Of a stretch of 64,000 nucleotides of DNA, positions 61,712-64,000 are shown piece after piece. Position 1 is the first letter of the stretch, and every line of letters begins with the position of its first letter. The notes below the pieces were generated by a model, which had not been told where the DNA came from, did no database searches, and saw only the letters and a list, made by a program, of their open reading frames with translations. This stretch comes from Selaginella moellendorffii (Eukaryota > Plantae > Lycopodiophyta), in contig NW_003314377.1 of NCBI RefSeq assembly GCF_000143415.4, positions 248,001 to 312,000 of the forward strand. The letters run 5' to 3'. A program made the translations under genes and the position numbers.

Positions 61712-61749
61712 CCAAACAATCTGATCTCGTGCACAGCATGAAATGAACA

Positions 61750-61902
61750 TGTTGAAAACTAAGGAAGAAGAGAAAAACTCTTATCGCTTAGATATCATCA
61801 TCACTATACATATACAAGGTGAGAGTCGTGACTCTCCAGATCCACCACGTGTCACCACGTGTCTCAGCCGTACGGTGATTTCGAATGTACTACATCCTCA
61901 CA
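61750..61902. mobile_element. Solo LTR (153 bp)
   Basis: TGTTG...CACA flanked by 5-bp TSD GAACA (61745-61749, 61903-61907); absent from other copies. Confidence 0.85.
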
Positions 61903-62638
61903 GAACATTCTTTGTGCCTCTCCCGATAGAGCCATACAGAACCTTCTCATGTCCAGCCACTCGATTATTATATGCAGCACACTCAAATACATCCAGGTAA
62001 ATCTCGAAATCCTCTCAAAGTAGGCTAAAGGAGATACTTTCTGAACTTGCCAAAAGCCTCTTCTAACACATGCTTGAGGATTAGAGAGGGCTTGGGTGAG
62101 TTGGCAAAGTGTAGTTTTGGTCTTTCTCTTGAAGATCATGGACCTCACTTCACTACCGCATAAAGGGATCACTGCGTTTGCTCATTGTGGCGAGGGCGAG
62201 AAAGTCCTCGATGGGAGTGTGGAAGGTGACATTCCGGCCTGCGCCTACATCAGCTCCGTGAATCGCAACAAGGATTTCTTTCTTCTTGTGACAGAGGATT
62301 TTAGGATCGCGCCAGGCAGGGATCACTTCGTCTGCATGATCGATATCTTCGGCCGTGGCAGGCAACTGGAGAATGCTGAGGAATTGCTGCGTGCCATGCC
62401 GTTTGTGCCGGATGCTCTGGTTTGTAATGTTTCGGGCATTGGATCGACGTATGTGCTGGCAAATCGCTTCAAGAGAGTGTTTAAAATGGAAATTGGCGGG
62501 AAAGCGATGTGTTTGTTTTTTATTCTATCTATCTGTGCTTACGAAAGTCTCCACTATCGAAAGGTGAGAGCTTTGAAAAAATAATTTATTTATATATGTA
62601 ACTTAGTCAAGTCAGCCTCGCAACCTTTGGAGAAACTT

Positions 62639-63304
62639 TCAAGTCATGCCGATGAGCTCTCTCAGCTTCTGGATGAGACCACGGTCGTCAATCTGGAATG
62701 CTTTCGCGATCACGTCGTCATTGATTGGAGGATTGGAATCAAACACCGCCTTGGCCACCTGAGTCGCCCCGGGGTTTTGGCTGTTGAAGCCAGCCATCGC
62801 AACCGCAGGCTCCTTTCCAACGTTGAGCTGGAAGTGAACGAGTCCCCGAGGGAAGACGAACAGATCTCCGGGATAGAGCATTTGGGCGAAGAGCTTGTTG
62901 TCCGGCAAGGTGGTGACGAATCCGACTAAGAGGTTCCCATGCACGAGGAAGAGCAGCTCGGATCCTCGGGGATGGACGTGGGGGGGATTGGTGCCGCCGG
63001 GAGCATAGTCAACGCGGGCAAAAGCTACACCAAAGGTGTTGAGACCGGGGAAATTGTTGACACTCGCCAGCGTGACGTTGGAGCCGAGCTTGTTGTCGGT
63101 GTTCCCGGGAGTCGCCAGCAGGCTCGACTTGAAGTCCTCGGCTTTCACATCAGCGGCCGCCTTGCAGACCACGCCGTTTACTTTGATCTTGGAGCCATTG
63201 TCTGCAACGCAAAAGTCCTGCAGCATATCTTCATCCGCGGCATGCACAAACAAGATGGAGCTGATTGCTAGGAGGAAGGATAGAACAAAACGAAGATGAG
63301 CCAT
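62639..63304 (-). CDS. Germin-like protein copy 5
   Basis: Intact; protein identical to copy 2. Confidence 0.97.
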   Translation of the reverse strand: MAHLRFVLSFLLAISSILFVHAADEDMLQDFCVADNGSKIKVNGVVCKAAADVKAEDFKSSLLATPGNTDNKLGSNVTLASVNNFPGLNTFGVAFARVDYAPGGTNPPHVHPRGSELLFLVHGNLLVGFVTTLPDNKLFAQMLYPGDLFVFPRGLVHFQLNVGKEPAVAMAGFNSQNPGATQVAKAVFDSNPPINDDVIAKAFQIDDRGLIQKLRELIGMT

Positions 63305-64000
63305 CTTGCGAGCTTGGAAAAGACTGATGGAGCTATATGAGGGAGGGGCAGGCATTTTATAGCCGGAGGAGGGGAGGCGAGGTCCTTTGGACGACTTCGT
63401 CGTGAATCGTGCACGATTTTAGGTACACGGTCTTCTCTTCCCTTCTATTTCATTTTTTACTCTTGCTGTCCGCGTAACACAATCTGATTTGTTTGCTGCC
63501 AAGTCGTCTCAGAAGTTTTCTTCTACCGGCTTGTCTAGAGCCGTCAAAATCATCTTTTCTGTGTGTAGATAATGACGACCTTGGTTTTGATGGTAGGAAC
63601 CGGTCTCAGTGAAACTCGAGTTTTACAAGGTCTTACACTAAATTGCTTTATTCTTCTTAGCACCAGAGACTTTTTATGTGTGGAGTTTTAACGGAATTAT
63701 GGGTATAGTATGGTTATCAATTTTGTAGACAACTGTGTTGTCAGAAGGATACCTACTCACATAGTCAATAGCCATTGTGATTATTGTTTGCATCATTGCC
63801 AAGGACAAAATAGAATGTTTATTGAAATTGTTTTAGAAAAGAAAAGGTTTATTAAATGAAAAGTGACCTAAAGCTAATCAATAAAACTGTAATATGATAT
63901 AATAATTAATAAAATCATATTTTTATCATAGATTTATTTCTATTTTACTACATTCTACAACCATTCCTTATTGATAAGGGCTGCCACTTTATTAATCAAT

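Larger units (their letters stand above)
55795..64000. repeat. Tandem cassette copy 5 (runs off the window)
   Basis: Junction TTTAAG|TACGCGAGGTAAG; same module order. Confidence 0.9.

Noticed and set aside
24567-64000. Array as uncollapsed haplotypes
   Set aside because: Five distinct copies, each with private indels or insertions and sharing one novel junction, exceed two haplotypes; long-read confirmation is still desirable

Overview
Eukaryotic land-plant DNA. The ~50-60 bp introns, very dense genes and PLS-PPR debris point to a compact lycophyte genome such as Selaginella (inference). Positions 1-6563 hold three ordinary genes: the 3' end of a transketolase, NUP1/NUP136 and a PTC7-type PP2C. 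From 5264 to the window end lies a head-to-tail array of five copies of an ~8.4-kb cassette: 5'-truncated PP2C, LRR relic, GT37 fucosyltransferase, small secreted-peptide gene, Copia relic, PPR relic, germin-like protein (GLP, minus strand) and the 3' end of ABCI11. The PP2C and fucosyltransferase are intact only in copy 1. All five GLPs are intact and nearly identical. The least obvious element is an ~80-aa signal-peptide precursor ending in an IDA/PIP-like P-T-P-P-S-G-P-S motif; it is intact in 4 of 5 copies and hypervariable at its C-terminus. Individual copies carry private insertions: a nested Ty3/gypsy pair, two Copia elements (one with two internal inversions and a MITE), a solo LTR and a captured lipid-phosphate-phosphatase fragment.
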